DNA of 33,454 nt from Thermoanaerobaculia bacterium (GTDB lineage: Bacteria > Acidobacteriota > Thermoanaerobaculia > Multivoradales > UBA5704), in contig JBGAGQ010000069.1 in assembly GCA_044226625.1 (NCBI GenBank), positions 1 to 33,454 on the forward strand, written 5' to 3'. The notes under the pieces were generated by a model. That model had not been told where the DNA came from. It was given only the letters and a program-made list of their open reading frames with translations, and made no database searches. Below, one piece after another: positions 31,806 to 33,454 of this stretch; within the stretch, counting starts at the first letter, position 1; each line of letters opens with the position of its first letter. The translations under genes were made by a program, and so were the position numbers.

Positions 31806-32099
31806 TCAGTGGTGTTCTGTACCAGCCCACCGGTGATTCGGGCCGGCTCAGTGGTGTTCTGGTCCAGACCAGTGGTGATCCGGCCCAGACCAGGGGAGAT
31901 CGGCACCAGACCAAGGGTGATCCGAGCCAGTCCACTGGTGTTCTGGTCCAGTCGAGCGGTGATCTGGTCCAACCCAGTGGTGTTCTGGTCCAGCCCAGTG
32001 GTGATCTGGTCCAGCCCAGTGGTGATGGGGTCCAGCCCAGTGGTGATGGGGTCCAGCCCAGTGGTGTTCTGTGCCAGCCCACTGGTGAGCGGGCATCGG
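31806..32099. repeat. Degenerate 21-bp tandem array, 14 units, consensus CCAGTGGTGWTCTGGTCCAGC
   Basis: Units in exact register from 31806 to 32099 (e.g. CCAGTGGTGTTCTGGTCCAGC, CCAGTGGTGATGGGGTCCAGC); one minus-strand frame reads (LDQITTG)n. Confidence 0.92.
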
Positions 32100-32325
32100 C
32101 GAGAGATGATCGCGACCGGAGCACCGCTTGGGTACGCTACTCCAGCACTCTCCGAGAAAACGATAGTTTTTGCCCGACGATTTTTCGAGGCGCCCTCCGA
32201 AGTCCGCCGGGGCGTCTTCCTTAGGGCGACGCCGAGCCGAAAAGCGGGCGGCTTCCCTCCGGACGTGGAGCCCAATGTCGCCGCGGTAGGGGTTATTTCC
32301 CCCTCCGGCGGCTCTAAGGATCTCC

Positions 32326-32730
32326 TCAGCCCAACCTCCCCGGCGGCGGCGTGGCGTGCCAGGTGAGCGCGGCCGCCAGCTCAGCGAGGGCGGCATCCGC
32401 CCTTCGGCGGGCCAGCTCGCCGAGCGCCGTGGCGCGATCCGCGATCGGCTGGCCCTGGCGGTCGGCCGCGCGGGGCGGGAGGCCAGAGGCCGCGACGGCT
32501 TCCGGTCCCGCAGCGTCGAGCAGGCGGGAGAGGGTCTGCGGGCGCGGGGTCCGCCGGCCCGATTCGTAGTCCGAGATCTGCTTGGGATGGACGTCCGCCT
32601 CGTGCGCGAGGCGCTCCTGTGTCCAGCCGAGCGCCGCGCGGAGCCGGCGCAGCCGGGCGGCGAGGGAGTCCACGCCCTCCGTGCCTCCGCGTTTCGAAGA
32701 GGTCTCCCGCCGAGAAGTGCCGTGCGTCAT
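32326..32730 (-). CDS. XRE-family helix-turn-helix transcriptional regulator
   Basis: LRRLRAALGWTQERLAHEADVHPKQISDYESGRRTP HTH_3 signature; SD GGAGGG. Confidence 0.88.
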   Translation of the reverse strand: MTHGTSRRETSSKRGGTEGVDSLAARLRRLRAALGWTQERLAHEADVHPKQISDYESGRRTPRPQTLSRLLDAAGPEAVAASGLPPRAADRQGQPIADRATALGELARRRADAALAELAAALTWHATPPPGRLG

Positions 32731-32740
32731 GATCCCTCCA

Positions 32741-32754
32741 CCGGATTAATCAGG
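32741..32754. promoter_or_regulatory. Putative operator palindrome CCgGATTAATCaGG between the divergent XRE and peptide genes
   Basis: 12 of 14 positions symmetric, with an AT-rich core in a very GC-rich spacer. Confidence 0.4.
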
Positions 32755-32823
32755 CGCCGCCCGTCGCGGCGCCCCCTCGGAGGCCGGCCCCCCGGTCTCC
32801 CGGACCCGAACAGGAGGATCGCC

Positions 32824-33201
32824 GTGTACCCCAAGCCACGCCGCCTCGCCGTCCCTTTCGCGCTCGCCGCCGTCCTTTTCCTCTTTCTCGGTTTCGCCGC
32901 CACGCCGGCCGCCCACGCCGCGCCGGGCGGAGCGCCCTTCGGGCTCGGCGACTGGCTCGGTGTCCTGCTCCGCATCTGGGCGCCGGAAGGGTGCGGCCTC
33001 GATCCGGTCGGCCGGTGCGGTCCGGCTGGGCCGCCCCCTAACTCCGGCTGCACGATCGACCCGAGCGGCCACTGCCGCGAGACCTCGGCGTTCCTTCCGG
33101 AAGGCTGCGGCATCGATCCGCACGGCCGGTGCACGCCAGCCGCGGCACCCCAGAAGGACGAGGGTTGCGGCCTCGATCCGCACGGCAAGTGCGTTCCATA
33201 G
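32824..33201 (+). CDS. Secreted 125-aa peptide precursor with four [E/S]GC[G/T][L/I]DPxG[R/H/K]C repeats
   Basis: SD AGGAGG 6 nt before GTG 32824; Sec signal ending AHA; cores EGCGLDPVGRC, SGCTIDPSGHC, EGCGIDPHGRC, EGCGLDPHGKC. Confidence 0.85.
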   Translation: MYPKPRRLAVPFALAAVLFLFLGFAATPAAHAAPGGAPFGLGDWLGVLLRIWAPEGCGLDPVGRCGPAGPPPNSGCTIDPSGHCRETSAFLPEGCGIDPHGRCTPAAAPQKDEGCGLDPHGKCVP

Positions 33202-33229
33202 CACGTGCCCACTGTCTAGAAGAATGCAT

Positions 33230-33454
33230 TCAAGCTTCCGCTCCGCCGCGCGGACGTGCCGTGGCGAGGGCCTGGGCAGCCCGCTGTGCGAGCGCGACGG
33301 TCGCCCGCTCCTCCTCTACTGCCGCGAGGAACAGGCGCACTGTGGCTAGTTCTTCACGCTCTATTCCTAGAGCGCGGATGAGGGCGGCCGACTGCCGTGC
33401 GAGTGTTCGCGTTTCGGCGGATCGGCCGTCCGCGAGATAGACCACCGCGAGGTC
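33230..33454 (-). CDS. C-terminal fragment of an alpha-helical TPR-like protein (continues beyond the window)
   Basis: Frame open to the window edge: DLAVVYLADGRSAETRTLARQSAALIRALGIEREELATVRLFLAAVEEERATVALAQR; LAxxYxxxG..A TPR pattern. Confidence 0.65.
   Translation of the reverse strand, partial: DLAVVYLADGRSAETRTLARQSAALIRALGIEREELATVRLFLAAVEEERATVALAQRAAQALATARPRGGAEA

Noticed and set aside
32356-32823. N-terminal 156 aa of the 281-aa ORF 32356-33201
   Set aside because: Antisense to the XRE gene; the SD and signal peptide place the real start at GTG 32824.

Overview
High-GC bacterial chromosomal window. The gene repertoire (ELWxxDGT repeat protein, carboxypeptidase-regulatory-like secreted protein, KKLTLSRETL-type peptide, TPR-type regulator) is most consistent with Acidobacteriota, possibly Thermoanaerobaculia; this is inference only. 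The core is the conserved translation cluster rimP-nusA-infB-DUF503-rbfA-nrnA-truB-rpsO-pnp, together with pyrE, a sigma-54 response regulator, a DegP/Do protease, metG, tatD, a Nif3-like gene, an M20 peptidase and a porin. Accessory features worth attention: (1) a 50-aa RiPP-like precursor missing from the ORF track (6749-6901; double-Gly leader, Cys/Thr-rich core, no modifying enzymes in the window); (2) a secreted 125-aa peptide with four GCxxDPxGxC cores, divergent from an XRE regulator and convergent with a TPR-like protein, a candidate undescribed peptide-signalling or RiPP module; (3) an atypical-composition ABC-ATPase + TOPRIM-like gene pair right after pnp, a candidate anti-phage system; (4) two unrelated, degenerate arrays with an exact 21-bp period in convergent intergenic regions; (5) a well-spaced sigma-54 promoter on degP and four apparently leaderless genes.
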